Shown: positions 35,744-52,250, counted from the first letter of the stretch. The stretch is DNA of 64,000 bases from Phyllobates terribilis (GCF_046119375.1 NW_027362761.1:754726001-754790000), one strand, 5' to 3'. Translations and numbers: made by a program. Notes: generated from the letters alone by a model not told the origin.

Positions 35744-38470
35744 TCAGTTACAACATTCCCCACATAGATTACAAGCTCCATATACTCATCTCCAGGCTGG
35801 TACCATTATGGCTGCAGCAGGCATGTGACAATATTTATGAGCCCAACTGTGGACACAGCACTGATTGTGGAGGTAGCATAGATTTTCCTTCCTGTATAGA
35901 GCTCTCTGCAATAGGTTTGGTACAATGATTACAAGCATGTGATGCATCCAGTTAAAGGGGTTTTCTTTAGAAGACAGCCTCATCTATATTCCCTATTATA
36001 GCATGTGGACATTACAGAGGAAGGGGGAGAGGTCTTCCACTTTGGACTCATCTTTAAAGGGAACCTGTCACGTCCTACTATGTACACTGCCCCCATAGCG
36101 GCGTTAGTGATGCAATGTGCAACACTAACAAGCTGTTTTCATGAAAACCGGTGGTAGTACAATGATTTTATAACATTATATATCCTTTGTCTTACCTGCT
36201 TGTATTCAGTCATAGGGGTGTGATTCTATCAGAATAATTCCGGCAGTCACACCCTGTCGACAGAACATCCTGGAAGAGAAAGAGCTGCTCTGTTGTCATG
36301 AAGCAGCCGAATCGCCGGCAGGAGCGGTCCGTGATGTTTCTGAGCTGGCGCCGGGCAGAATAGGCATGTTAGAAACTACCTGCCTATCAGTTCTTAGCCA
36401 CATGAAAAAAAAAAGTCCCGAATAACCGGGACCCCTTTAAGCCAGGGTAACCCCTTTAAGCCTAAACTCTGTGGGAGTGACTCCTATTCTGTGGACTCAA
36501 GCTGTCCTTGGATTATACCGACACCATTTCTCTGAATATATAATATTGCATTACCACTGGTGAAGAAATGTCCGGATGGCTATGATTTTCCCTGGAAGCA
36601 GGACTAGGGGAGATCAGCTAATTGCTTTGGGGGCGGCATTCTTACTGTCGTTCTCACTAATGAGATAATCCATTTAAATAGGTATTTACACAGGATCTGT
36701 CATACGTGTCTTTTTGGTGTGGGTCAGAGAAGTTGAACATGTATACATCTGGAGGCATGGAGTCCCTCATCGCCTTGTCCTGTCCGCTGCTGCAGCATCT
36801 ATGAATGGAGGGTACAGGACCCCGATTCTCATGCTGGTCTGTGGCTGTGCTATAAATGTCTAAAGTGAGAATACCTCTATAAGTGCTGGTAGAAAACTTA
36901 AATTTACTCTACCTTGCCATTTCTGTAAAAACATGGATTGTTATAAATTTATCGTTGCATTAACCCCTTCATGCCGGTGGGCATAACTATACGTCTATAC
37001 TGGAGTGAGTACATGTGGAGGAGGCCCAGGAGCTGAGCTCCCTCTACATGTGACTGATGTCAGCTATGTTACATAATCAGCATCTGACTCTTAACAGCTG
37101 CGGCTATGAACCTTTTAAATACTATTGATGGCGGCATTTCACTGATGTCACAGCCGGTGCGGGGTGCTAATGTGTTACTATGACTGCAGGGGGTGTGCAG
37201 AAGACCCCTGTCGCTGCCATCTTGGTACTCTTGGGAAGCTCATCTATATACTGAACGTCAAAGTCCGAGATTTCACCCTCTAGAGACAGAGCCAATTTTT
37301 AGCTTAATATTGCTTTAGCTGCAAATTTTTAACTTTTACAAGTGATAATAGGGGGAAATGGACACTACGATGCATTACACAATTTCTCCCAAACATGGCA
37401 ATATCCCATATGTGGCCAATAACTGCTGTCTGCTGCACAGCCAGGCCCTGAAGGGAAGAAGCGCTGTTTGGTGTTTGGGATGTAAATTCGGCTGTAATAG
37501 ATTGCAGAAACCATGTCACATTTAACCAAATATTCAAATAGCATATCATATATTAATGTGGCTAGGAACTAAAGTTCCCCCGAAATAATAAGACAAATAG
37601 GGGGTGGAGTACTCCTATAGACCAAGAGCAAAAAAGGAAAAATGGAGTAACCATAAACCACCAAATAGAATAAAAGCCTTGTTTTTTATTAAGACACATT
37701 AATAGTTAGATGACATATCAGTGAGATCTAGTATAGGAGGAAGAGGTAGACCTATCCATATACAGTATCACCTATGGGAACGTTATCACTTGGGCTTATA
37801 TATGTAAAAAGCAGATACAAACAAATGTAGGGTATAATGAATGACCATGTTAATAAATAGGTATGTATCACCCCAACATCACATATTATACAAGGTAAAG
37901 TAAAACTCAAACAATACCCATGACAGGACCTATACAGATGAGAATTCAATAATGGTCAAAGCACAATGCTGAGCTTACCCATGGCGTGTATGGTGAGAGC
38001 GCCCCACACTGCCCCAAGACTATCTGGTGGCCGTGACTGGGTCCATTATGGGTACGGGTGCAATATTTCTTCATCTGTAGGGTTATATTATCTACCCAAA
38101 TACTGCTCATAGAGACAGGCTGATTGTGTGCTATCCATGTCCACAGTGACTTTCATATTATACACTATGCTATGGCTCATACTTTTAATATTAATTGGTC
38201 TATATCCTTTCTGTAGGTGCCTCAGTCTTTAATAGTTCTATTATACAACTGATATTAATATATATATATATTTGTGTCACCAAGTATTTGGCTGCTGGTT
38301 TGTCATCCTTTTTAAATTAAGTGTTTGTTAATGTTGAAAAGTGTAATAAAGTTTAACTTGTTCTTGGCCTTAAAACTCCCTTGTCGTGCTATTTAATATA
38401 TTGATTGGAGTGGCATTCTGGGCCTATTACCTTTTTGTTGGGCTGAATATGGCTCAGATGTAGAGGCAAT

Positions 38471-38830
38471 AAGCTGTGTGCCCACGATCTGGAGCCACTG
38501 TGGGTTTGATGCTGCAGACTTGTGCAGCGTGAAACCCGCAGGAGTAAGATGTTACATCATAGTGGATGGATTTGTAGAAATCCCATGTCCACTATGCGTC
38601 TGCGGCTCACTCGCGGAAACTGACATGCGGCGCGTCTTTCCAGACGGCAGCATGTTAATTTCTGCGGCGGGTCCGCATGCTGGCTTTTCCCATAGACCTA
38701 ACCTCTGAGGAAAGTCCGCAGGTGAAGAACAAAATGGCGCCGCTCATTTGCATAGATGAGCGGAAGCCACCGGCGGCTCTTCTGCAGCGTTCGGGCCGCA
38801 GGCTGGTACGCATCGTGGGCACATACCCTT
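38471..38830. mobile_element. T2-type MITE (GCTGTGTGCCCACGAT...ATCGTGGGCACATACC)
   Basis: Terminal inverted repeats resemble those of 47669-48500. Confidence 0.55.
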
Positions 38831-38859
38831 CATGTACCTAATGAATCTATTCCTATTTA

Positions 38860-40472
38860 CAGTGGGTACGGAAAGTATTCAGACCCCTTTAAATTGTTCA
38901 CTCTTTGTTTCATTGCAGCTATTTGTTAACTTCTAAAAAGTTCATTTTTTTCTCATTAAAGTACACTCTGCACCCCATCTTTACTGGAAAAAAAAAGAAA
39001 TGTAGAAATTTTTGCAAATTTATTAAAAAAGAAAAACTGAAATATCACATGGTCATAAGTATTCAGACCCTTTGCTCAGATACTGATATTTAAATCACAT
39101 GCTGTCCATTTCCTTGTGATCTTCCTTGAGATGGTTCTACTCCTTCATTGGAGTCGAGCTGTGTTTAATTAAACTGATAGGACTTGATTTGGAAAGGCAC
39201 ACACCTGTCTATATAAGACCTCACATCTCACAGTGCATGTCAGACCAAATGAGAATCATGAGCTCAGAGACTGAATTGTGTCAAGGCACAGACCTGGCCA
39301 AGGTTACAAAAGAATTTCTGCATTACTCAAGGTTCCTAAGAGCGCATTGGCCTCCATAATCCTTAAATGGAAGAAGTTTGGGACCACCAGAAGTCTTCCT
39401 AGACCTGGCCGTCCAGCCAAACTGAGCAATCGTGGGAGAAGAATCTTGGTGAGAGGGGTAAAGAAGAACCCCAAGATCACTGTGGCTGAGCTCCAGAGAT
39501 GCAGTAGGGAGATGGGAGAAAGTTCCACAAAGTCAACTATCACTGCAGCCCTCCACCAGTCAGACCTTTATGGCAGAGTGGCCCGACTGAAGCCTCTCCT
39601 CAGTGAAGACATATGAAAGCCCGCATAGAGTTTGCTCAAAAACACATGAAGGACTCCCAGACTATGAGAAATAAGATTCTCTGGTCTGATGAGACGAAGA
39701 TAGAACTTTTTGGTGATAATTCTAAGTGGTATGTGTGGAGAAAACCAGGCACTGCTCATCACCTGCCCAATACAATCCCAACAGTGAAACATGGTGGTTT
39801 CAGCATCATGGTATGGGGGTGTTTTTCAGCTGCAGAGACAGGGCGACTGGTTGCAAATGAAGGAAACATGAATGCAGCCAAGTACAGAGATATCCTGGAT
39901 GAAAACCTGTTCAAGAGTGCTCTGGACCTCAGACTTTGCCGAAGGTTCACCTTCCAACAAGACAATGACCCTAAGAAAACAGCTAAAATAACAAAGGAGT
40001 GGCTTCAGAACAACTCTGTGACCATTCTTGACTGGCCCAGCCAGAGCCCTGACATAAACCCAATTGAGCATCTCTGGAGAAACCTGAAAATGGCTGTCCA
40101 CCAGCGTTCACCATCCAACCTGACGGAACTGGAGAGGATCTGCAAGGAAGAATGGCAGAGGATCCCCAAATCCAGGTGTGAAAAACTTGTTGCATCATTC
40201 CCAAGAAAACTCATGGCTGTACTAGCTCAAAAGGGTGCTTCTACTGAATACTGAGCAAAGGGTCTTAATACTTATGACAATGTGATATTTCAGTTTTTCT
40301 TTTTTTAAAAATTTGCAAAAATTTCTACATTTCTGTTTTTTTTTTAGTCAAGATGGGGTGCAGAGTGTACTTTAATGGGGAAAACAATGAACTTTTTAGA
40401 ATTTACCAAATGGCTGCAATGAAACAAAGAGTAAAAAATTTAAAGGGGTCTGAATACTTTCCGTACCCACAG
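38860..40472 (+). mobile_element. Tc1 transposon family C (IR/DR type), frameshifted transposase
   Basis: TA-flanked CAGTGGGTACGGAAAGTATTCAGACCCC with its inverse; transposase 39278-40254 with WSDETKIELFG, QDNDPK, WPSQSPDINPIEHLW. Confidence 0.96.
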
Positions 40473-40615
40473 TATATATACAGGTAAGTCCAGTACAAGT
40501 GACGAGTGACCCAGACTAAGCCTTTGAAATATATAAAGCACATTGTTGTACTACATTATTTGTATGTCTCTTAATGGACATTTTACTTAGTTTCTGTTTT
40601 TATTCTTTGCTTTAG

Positions 40616-40699
40616 ACTCCTGACACTAAGATGAGTGTCCAAGATGTGGGTTCATCAAAAGGACTGAAGAGAAAGTCATTTCTGGAAATTGCTGACAAG
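40616..40699 (+). CDS. Candidate coding exon of an unknown host gene (TPDTKMSVQDVGSSKGLKRKSFLEIADK), 84 nt, phase 0
   Basis: Long pyrimidine tract plus TTTAG acceptor, AAG|GTTAGT donor, open frame, non-TE sequence, paralogous copy at 51414-51557. Confidence 0.45.
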
Positions 40700-40797
40700 G
40701 TTAGTAAGTACATCTACTTTGATCTCCACAGCATATACAGAGGGCTTAAAAGTGAAAGCACTTCAGTTTTAGAAATCTCTGACCTGTCCTATAAATA

Positions 40798-43681
<2,884 letters not shown>

Positions 43682-43900
43682 TATGTATATGCCTATGAGG
43701 CTGCTGAGTTCAGGGCCGGAGACCCTGAGGACAGTCTGTGCATTACAAGCCGTACTCAGACCACATCACACAGATGTGTGATTCCAGCCTAGGGCCACAG
43801 ACTAATTACAAGCACAGTGGACTGTGAAGTGTGGTGCAGGCTGTTTCTCCAGCACAATCACACTCTGAAAAAATCTTTTTCTTGGTTTTCTGTATTGCAG

Positions 43901-44008
43901 AACGTGAATAAAGAGGATGTCAACTCAAACGGCAAAAAGAGGCAAAAGACCAGGGGCCCAAGTAGGTCCATAACCTCTGAAAGCCTGATGGACAGGGCTG
44001 TGGAGACG
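43901..44008 (+). CDS. Candidate coding exon (NVNKEDVNSNGKKRQKTRGPSRSITSESLMDRAVET), 108 nt, phase 0
   Basis: TTTTCTGTATTGCAG acceptor, ACG|GTAAGC donor, open frame, paralog at 55904-56032. Confidence 0.45.
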
Positions 44009-44571
44009 GTAAGCCAAACCTCCGACTTCAACTCAGACTCCTCAATTTCTGTGACACCAACTCCGACTCCCTCATACATGGCTCATGTTTAAGTGATAAA
44101 TTTACTGTAGTAAAATGGTAACATCAGGCTTTTAATCCTTATTATGATACAATAATCAAGCTATTTATTTAGAACCTAAAATACATTTATTGGAATACAA
44201 CTTTAGAGCAAAAAAACCTTTTGCATATTTACAATTTATTATGCACTATGCAGTAAGTGGAAATAACAGTTTTCAACAAAAACGTACTGAATAACCTTTG
44301 TGCAGTCTATGAATTTGTTCTGAGAAATGGTATCGCCTCCATCAGATCCTCCTTCATAGATGACCTCAAATCTGCCCTAATTTTTAAGGCTAGAGAACAA
44401 CCTCTCTACACTGACTTGGGTTGGTGGCAAAGCAGTAACCACATGGGTAACATCTCTAACAATTTCAGGGGATAAAGGAGTTGCCTCGTGCATAGTCAGT
44501 TTTGAGGAGCGATTGAACTCTTCTACTTCTTTGAGAACAAGTGAAAAATGTTGTAATTCCACATTTGCCCT

Positions 44572-47186
44572 TGTAACACACCTGGCGGCGTCCTTGCATA
44601 GTGGTCCATCTCCCACTGTGCAAGAGCGCGCACTTGATTTCCAGTCCAGACTGTCACTTTGGCTTCTTTCCATGTTGTCTGCTTTGCTCTGCTGTGGCTG
44701 CTTAGGGCGACGCCCGCTGAACTTCCTGTTTCTTGTAGCTGCTGCAGACACACCCCTAATGCGTCCTCTGCCTATTGCTGTCTGTCACCTGGTATTTAAA
44801 CCAGCTCCTCCTTGGAATCCATGCCTGAGCATCTTGTTCTTTCAGTTGGCTTCTAGTCACTGATGTGCCAGGTCCTGTCTGTTTCCTGCCTTGCGGTATC
44901 TGTTCCCATGTCTGAACTGAGTCCTGTCTGTGCTCTCTAGCCAGCTGTCTTTCTGCCTTTCCTGGAGGCTGTATTTCCAGGCCCGTGTGAACACGCTCTT
45001 AGCCTGTTCGTCCCGCCCTCTGGGGGCCGCATACCCAGACTCGCTCCTGTATCTCGCTTCAGTAACAGTTCCTGTCTGAACTGTCTCCTAACCTGCTTCC
45101 TGTTTTTCTCTATGTCCGTACCTTCCCTTTCTCCTGCATTGTCTGAACCAGCACTTGGCTTTACCTTGGCTCGTTCCTGTATTTGTTGCAGTAACAGTTC
45201 CTGTCTGTACTGTCTCCTAACCTGTCTCCTGTTTTTCTTTATGTCCGTACCTTCCCTTTTTCTGCAGAGTCTGAACCTGCACCTAACTCCTTCTCGTTGT
45301 CGCTGTACTTCCGTTTGTGAGTTTAGAGTCCACTCGCTACTTCATTGCAAGTATCTTTTGTGTATCTGGTTCTGCCTTTCCCTTCCTGTCTGTTCCGTGT
45401 GAACAGAGCCCTGTCCCCTCTGCTCTGTCTTGCTCACCGCTCCGGCGGTTCTTGCCTGCACTGCCTTGCTCACCGCTCTTGCGGTTTCCGCCCTGCTCTG
45501 CCTCGCTCACCGCTCCTGCGGTTTCCGCTCTGCTCTGCCTTGCTCACCGCTCCTGCGGTTTCCGCTCTGCTCTGCTTTGCTCACTGCTCCTGCAGTCTCG
45601 CTCTGCTTTGCTCACTGCTCCGGCAGTCTCGCTCTGCTCTGACCCTTTGCTCGCTGCTCCGGCAGTCTCGCTCTGCTCTGACCCTTTGCTCGCTGCTCCG
45701 GCAGTCTCGCTCTGCTCTGACCCTTTGCTCGCTGCTCAGGCAGTCTCGCTCTGCTCTGACCCTTTGCTCGCTGCTCCGGCAGTCTCGCTCTGCTCTGACC
45801 CTTTGCTCGCTGCTCCGGCAGTCTCGCTCTGCTCTGGCCCTTTGCTCGCTGCTCCGGCAGTCTCGCTCTGCTCTGACCCTTTGCTCGCTGCTCCGGCAGT
45901 CTCGCTCTGCTCTGGCCCTTTGCTCGCTGCTCCGGCAGTCTCGCTCTGCTCTGGCCCTTTGCTCGCTGCTCCGGCAGTCTCGCTCTGCTCTGGCCCTTTG
46001 CTCTCTGCTCTGGCCCTTTGCTCGCTGCTCCGGCAGTCTCGCTCTGCTCTGACTCTCGCTCACCGCTCCAGGCGGCCTCGTCTTGCCCTGTTCTTGCTCA
46101 CCGCTCTGGGCGGCCTCACTCTGCTGTGTTTGTCCACCGCATCTGCGGTTCTGTTCCTGAGTCCCAGTCTGTACTGGGTCCTATCCCGTCTGTGCTCCAA
46201 CCTGCTAGTGCCTCTCTGTCTGCACTCTAGCCGTAATTGCCTGTACCCCCTGCCTGCATACCCGCCTGCCTGCATACCAGTCGTGCCTGCCTATACCCAC
46301 CAGTCAGGGTGCCAGCCGATCCTGCCTGTTCCTGTATTCCCCGGTGTGGGTCAACAGCCGTGTCTGGGGTCTGACCTGGAGTAGCACCTGGTCCCACTGC
46401 TCGGTTCCTCCCTGGTGCACTGGTGTCGTATGCCGTCGTGCGACCTTTGTCGGATCGGGCAGATACTCAGTTACGCCCCTCCAGGCACCCTTTGCTCGCC
46501 GCTCCAGCAGTCTCGCTCTGCTCTGACCCTTTGCTCGCCGCTCCGGCAGTCTCGCTCTGCTCTGACCCTTTGCTCGCCGCTCCAGCAGTCTCGCTCTGCT
46601 CTGGCCCTTTGCTCACCGCTCCGGCAGTCTCGCTCTGCTCTGACTCTCGCTCACCGCTCCAGGTGGCCTCGTCCTGCTCTACTCTCGCTCACCGCTCTAG
46701 GCGGTCTCGTCTTGCCCTGTTCTTGCTCACCGCTCTGGGCGGCCTCACTCTGCTGTGTTTGTCCACCGCATCTGCGGTTCTGTTCCTGAGTCCCAGTCTG
46801 TACTGGGTCCTATCCCATCTGTGCTCCAACCTGCTAGTGCCTCTCTGTCTGCACTCTAGCCGTGCTTGCCTGTACCCCCTGCCTGCATACCCGCCTGCCT
46901 GCATACCAGTCGTGCCTGCCTATACCCACCAGTCTGGGTGCCAGCCGAACCTGCCTGTTCCTGTATTCCCCGGTGTGGGTCAACAGCCGTGTCTGGGGTC
47001 TGACCTGGAGTAGCACCTGGTCCCTCTGCTCGGTTCCTCCCTGGTGCACTGGCGTCGTATGCCGTCGTGCGACCTTGGTCGGATCGGGCAGATACTTAGT
47101 TACGCCCCTCCAGGCACTCACGGGTTCATGGTCCAGTGGGATCACTAAACACGCACACGCCAGTCAGTCCGGGCGTGTGCATTACA
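44572..47186 (+). mobile_element. Large solo LTR (2615 bp) with internal tandem repeats
   Basis: TGTAA...TTACA ends, 5-bp TSD GCCCT (44567-44571, 47187-47191), TATTTAAA near 44792, no retroviral ORF. Confidence 0.88.
45420..46070. repeat. 29-bp then 34-bp tandem units inside the solo LTR
   Basis: GCTCGCTGCTCCGGCAGTCTCGCTCTGCTCTGACCCTTT-type units repeated more than 10 times. Confidence 0.95.
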
Positions 47187-47668
47187 GCCCTTTTTCCAGC
47201 ACGTCTCTTCAAGATGGAGTCAATTTTAAGGGTTCTGGCAACAATAGCCAATTTCCAACACTTTGCTAATCAGAATTGCAGCATGTCCCTCTTGCAGACT
47301 ATCTCTTATTGCCAGCTGCAGCGTGTGCACAACACAGCGCATGTGATGAATAGGAGAGATGTGTGAAGCAGCTTCAACAAGATCCTCTAATTGTACAGAA
47401 TCCTTTTACTGTTCTTCTGTAGTAATATCTGTTCCTCCTCATGGGAACAGGACTGTGGCCTTCCATCTCCAACATACTGAATCTGAAATGTTCTGGCTGC
47501 TGTTCACCTTCATTGTTCTCATTCATCAGTTTAATTGTACTTATCATGTTTGAAGCATTATCAGTTATAATAGCAAGAACCTGTTCTTTTTAGATTTCAT
47601 AATCTTGCAGAACTTTTTCCACTAAGGCCTAGAGAAACTGGCTGCTGTGATGAGCTTTAGTATCTTTA

Positions 47669-48500
47669 AGGCTGTGTGCCCATGATGCGTTTTTTAAGTG
47701 TTTTTGCAGCGGCAATTCCGCTGCAGAAATGCTTAAAAAACGCTTGGTAGAAGGTCTGCCATGTTCCCCAATGATAATTCGCATGTGCTGTGCACATGCT
47801 GCGGAAATTTCCGCTGCAGATTATCATTGCGGAAAAAAACATAGCACTGCCAATTATTTTGCGGAAGCGCTGCGTTTTGGCCGCCATTGAATTGCATTGG
47901 AACGCATGTAATCCGCATCACTGTACATGCGGATTACATGCGTTTCAATGTGTGGATGGTACCCGGGTCTGGAGAAGATGAGACTCTCCTCCGGACCCGG
48001 GTACCATAGAACCTGCAAAAAAAAGAATAAAATATAAAATAAACATTATCCTTACCTTCTGATGGCCCCCGGTGGACTCAAGGACCTGCCATGTTGTCAT
48101 TTAGTCATGTGACGGGTCACGCGACCGCTGACATCGGCAGGTCCTTTCAATGTACCGCGAGCTGCCAGCAAGCAGAGACGCATCAGATAAAGACTCCGGG
48201 GGCCATCAGAAGGTAAGTATAGATTTCTTTTTTTATTTTTTAACATTCTTTCAGTCACACTATATAAATCCATGCCAGCTGCATGGATTTATATAGTGTG
48301 ACCAAGATGTCAAGCACTTTCCAAGTGATGCTAAAATCGCTTGACAACCCGCATGCGGAAATGCATGTGAAGAATTCTTCACTTCCGCATGTCCCTGGCA
48401 GGAAAACGCATGTACAATCCGCATGCGTTTTTTGTGCCAGGGAGATGCAGAAACGCTCAGGAAAAATCCGGAGCATGTCTGCATCGTGGGCACATAGCCT
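47669..48500. mobile_element. T2-type MITE (AGGCTGTGTGCCCATGATGC...GCATCGTGGGCACATAGCCT)
   Basis: Terminal inverted repeat, TTAA at left, internal palindromes. Confidence 0.75.
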
Positions 48501-49652
48501 TACTCTGAACTTTCAATGTCAGGCTTGTCTCAGGGTACAGCTCACTAAATGCTTCACATCATATTTCTTCACAGTATATGAAGAGGGGAGGAGGGAGGAA
48601 GCAAGTTTGTGCAGAATCATATTCCAGAAAAACACACACGTATATATACATAAAAATATATATGTCCTCATCGATCCTGTTGCTGTATTTCTGAATTTGA
48701 GATGTTAGAAAACAGTTTTTCTCCTCATATTCTATGTATAGTGTATATAAGTCATCAGAGCAGCTAATTTCTCCAAACATGAGCTAAGAGGAAAAACAAA
48801 CTAAAACATCAAGCATACAAGACAACATATCCTGGATTATTGATTTATGCACAGTTTATTGAAAGTTTAGATATGCTTTAAGAAGTACTTACCTTAATCC
48901 TGCTTTCCTGTTCACTCCAGCAGTTCTGAGATGAGTGCAGGCATTCCTTCCCTGTGTTTTTTTCCCCTTATCTGTAGAGGAGGAGCTTCACTATTTATCA
49001 TGTACATAAACTGCAGCACAGATTCATCTCAGCTAAAAGTCTAGACCCTTAGATCAGGAATAGGACAGACATTAAAGGACATTTCATAACTTTCCCAAAT
49101 TCTTATGAAAAAATATCCACAAAGAACACACTGAGCAAGTATTGAATCAAGTATGCAGTCTGAATGTTAGAAATACCTGCCGTGGACACAGTCGTCGTCG
49201 TCCGGTTTCCAGATTGCTCCGCCGGTCTGTCCGCTTCTGGACGGAGCTGTCGAGCACTTGGGAAGCCGTTCTTTCCACTTGTTTCGCGGCCCGGGAGACA
49301 TGGGATGCTGTGTCTCCCGGTTGCCAGGTAATGCAGGACGCTTCCTTGCCTGGTTTTAGCCAATGGTAGGAATGTGTGTACCCTGGGACTAACAAAAATC
49401 ATGGTGGTCTTCTACAGACCCCCGATTGTCATGCCAACTCATCGGCGACCCGCAATCATGTGACGGGGGCCGACGGACGGGGTTTGTGAAGGGCGTCCCA
49501 CGCGATTATGTCAAATACCGCTGTCAGATTGTTGACGGCACATGGCTGCTCATCAAATCAGCTGTTAGTTGCCAGAAAAGATGCGTTCTCAGCGCTGGAG
49601 CCCCCATCAAAGGGGGATATATGACCTATACGTCATAGGTCGTGAAGGGGTT

Positions 49653-49751
49653 AAGTCATGTGAAATTTGCGCCAGAAACAAAGTCCTCCGCACCGCTCTG
49701 GCAAGGAAGGACTTACCCCTGCCTATCCCTGTACGTCCTTGGTCTCACATA
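49653..49751 (+). pseudogene. Isolated Gypsy integrase fragment
   Basis: SCEICARNK...LPLPIPVRPWSHI resembles the zinc-finger/core junction seen in the two full elements (CASCTRNK..LLPLPIPAAPWQHI). Confidence 0.65.
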
Positions 49752-51397
49752 CAGTTAGGTCCATATATATTTGGACAGAGACAACATTTTTCTAATTTTG
49801 GTTCTAGACATTACCACAATGAATTTTAAACAAAACAATTCAGATGCAGTTGAAGTTCAGACTTTCAGCTTTCATTTGAGGGTATCCACATTAAAATTGG
49901 ATGAAGGGTTTAGAAGTTTCAGCTCCTTAACCTGTGCCACCCTGTTTTTAAAGGGATCAAAAGTAATTGGACAATTGACTACAAGGCTATTTCATGGACA
50001 GGTGTGGGCAATCCCTTCGTTATGTCATTCTCAATTAAGCAGATAAAAGGCCTGGAGCTGATTTGAGGTGTAGTGCTTTCATTTGGAAGGTTTTGCTGTG
50101 AAGTAAACATGCGGTCAAAGGAGCTCTCCATGCAGGTGAAACAAGCCATCCTTAAGCTGCAAAAACAGAAAAAAAACATCCGAGAAATTGCTACAATATT
50201 AGGAGTGGCAAAATCTACAGTTTGGTACATCCTGAGAAAGAAAGAAAGCACTGGTGAACTCATCAATGCAAAAAGACCTGGGCGCCCACGGAAGACAACA
50301 GCGGTGGATGATCGCAGAATAATCTCCATGGTGAAGAGAAACCCCTTCACAACAGCCAACCAAGTGAACAACACTCCAGGAGGTAGGCGTATCAATATCC
50401 AAATCTACCATAAAGAGAAGACTGCATGAAAGTAACTACAGATGGTTCACTGAACGGTGCAAGCCACTCATAAGCATCAAGAATAAAAAGGCTAAACTGG
50501 ACTTTGCTAAAAAACATCTAAAAAAGCCAGCACAGTTCTGGAAGAACATTCTTTGGACAGATGAAACCAAGATCAACCTCTACCAGAATGATGGAAAGAG
50601 AAAAGTATGGCAAAGGCGTGGTACAGCTCATGATCCAAAGCATACCACATCATCTGTAAAACACGGCGGAGGCAGTGTGATGGCTTGGGCATGCATGGTT
50701 GCCAGTGGCACTGGGTCACTAGTGTTTATTGATGATGTGACACAGGACAGAAGCAGCCGAATGAATTCTGATATATTCAGAGCCATACTGTGTGCTCAGA
50801 TTCAGCCAAATGCAGCCAAACTGATTGGTCGTCGTTTCATACTACAGATGGACAATGACCCAAACCATAAAGCCAAAGCAACCCAGGAGTTTATTAAAGC
50901 AAAGATGTGGAATATTCTTGAATGGCCAAGTCAGTCACCTGATCTCAACCCAATTGAGCATGTATTTCACTTGTTAAAGACTAAACTTCAGACAGAAAGG
51001 CCCACAAACAAACAGCAACTGAAAACCACCGCAGTGAAGGCCTGGCAGAGCATCAAAAAGGAGGAAACACAGCGTCTGGTGATGTCCATGAGTTCAAGAC
51101 TTCAGGCAGTCATTGCCAACAAAGGGTTTTCATCCACGTACTAGAAATGAACATTTTATTTACAATTATTTAATTTGTCCAATTACTTTTGGTCCCTTTA
51201 AAAACAGGGTGGCACATGTTAAGGAGCTGAAACTCCTAAACCCTTCATCCAATTTTAATGTGGATACCCTCAAATGAAAGTTGAAAGTCTGAATTTCAAC
51301 TGCATGTGAATTGTTTTGTTTAAAATTCATTGTGGTAATGTCTAGAACCAAAATTAGAAAAATGTTGTCTCTGTCCAAATATATATGGACCTAACTG
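49752..51397 (+). mobile_element. Tc1 transposon family E
   Basis: TA-flanked CAGTTAGGTCCATATATATTTGGACAGAGAC with its inverse, long IR; transposase MRSKELSMQVKQ..., [22 protein letters not shown]; frameshifted. Confidence 0.96.
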
Positions 51398-52250
51398 TAT
51401 GTGTTTATTTACAACCCCGAAGAGAAAGTCATTTACAGAAAGACTTATGGAAATTAGCAAGGTTTGGAAGTACATCTACTTTGAATTCCACAGCATACTG
51501 TATATAGAGGGCTTAAAACTGAAATAACTTCAGTTTTAGAAATCTCTGACCTGTCCTAGAGACGTACCGGAGATTTTCATCAGTGACATACAAATGAAAG
51601 AAATGAATGTAGTACATCAACAAACATTAGTGGAGACTCAAACCGTGTGTGATTTTATGCCTTCCAGCACCATACATGTACAGCACTGGCAGGAGGTAGC
51701 TGTCACACAGTGTTTATGCATAAACTTTGTGTTACGAGCTTACCGCGACAGAGAGGTGCCAGGAGACTGCAGCATCTGATTTTATGTACTCCTGCACTGA
51801 TCTGAAGCACTTCTCCTTCATATTAAACGGTGCAGGTTTTTGTTAGCAGTGCAGGGGTTAATCTGTTCAGCTTGGATGATCTCAGCTGTTCAGTATCAGC
51901 CACTCCCCTCTCCTATATATACTTGCCTCTGGCAATCTGGATTGTCAGTGTTAAGACTTGTACTGACTGGTGAGGAGTGGAGGAGTCTGTTGTTGATAGA
52001 GGCGTTTTGGAGTGTTTATCTGTGACTGTTGCTAGGTGTTTCGGCTGTGTGCAATTCCTCTTTCTCTCCTAACTTTTCTCCCCGGTGTACCTCTGTTATC
52101 TGTGAGTGCATATTTGTATGATTGTTATTTTCATTTATCGCTGTACGTCCTTCCTTGTCTATGTATATACAAGTACTTCTCACTAAATTAGAATATCACT
52201 AAAAAGTTAATTTATTTCATTTCTTCAATACAAAAAGTGAAACTCATATA

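Larger units (their letters stand above)
43993..47668 (-). mobile_element. hAT transposon remnant (one probable terminus plus a C-terminal transposase fragment), split by a solo LTR
   Basis: Minus-strand ITDNASNM (~47550), HMRCVVHTLQLAIRD (~47320) and dimerisation motif TALPPTQVSVERLFSSLK (~44400); CAGGGCTGTGGAGACGG with CCGACT subterminal repeats at 43993. Confidence 0.85.

Noticed and set aside
45317-47013. 355-aa, 235-aa and 196-aa Leu/Ala/Ser-rich ORFs
   Set aside because: They come from tandem repeats inside a solo LTR.
48561-48630. Possible third paralogous exon (…SYSRKTH)
   Set aside because: Similarity to YGSRKKH is too short, and the 65-nt length breaks the phase-0 pattern.
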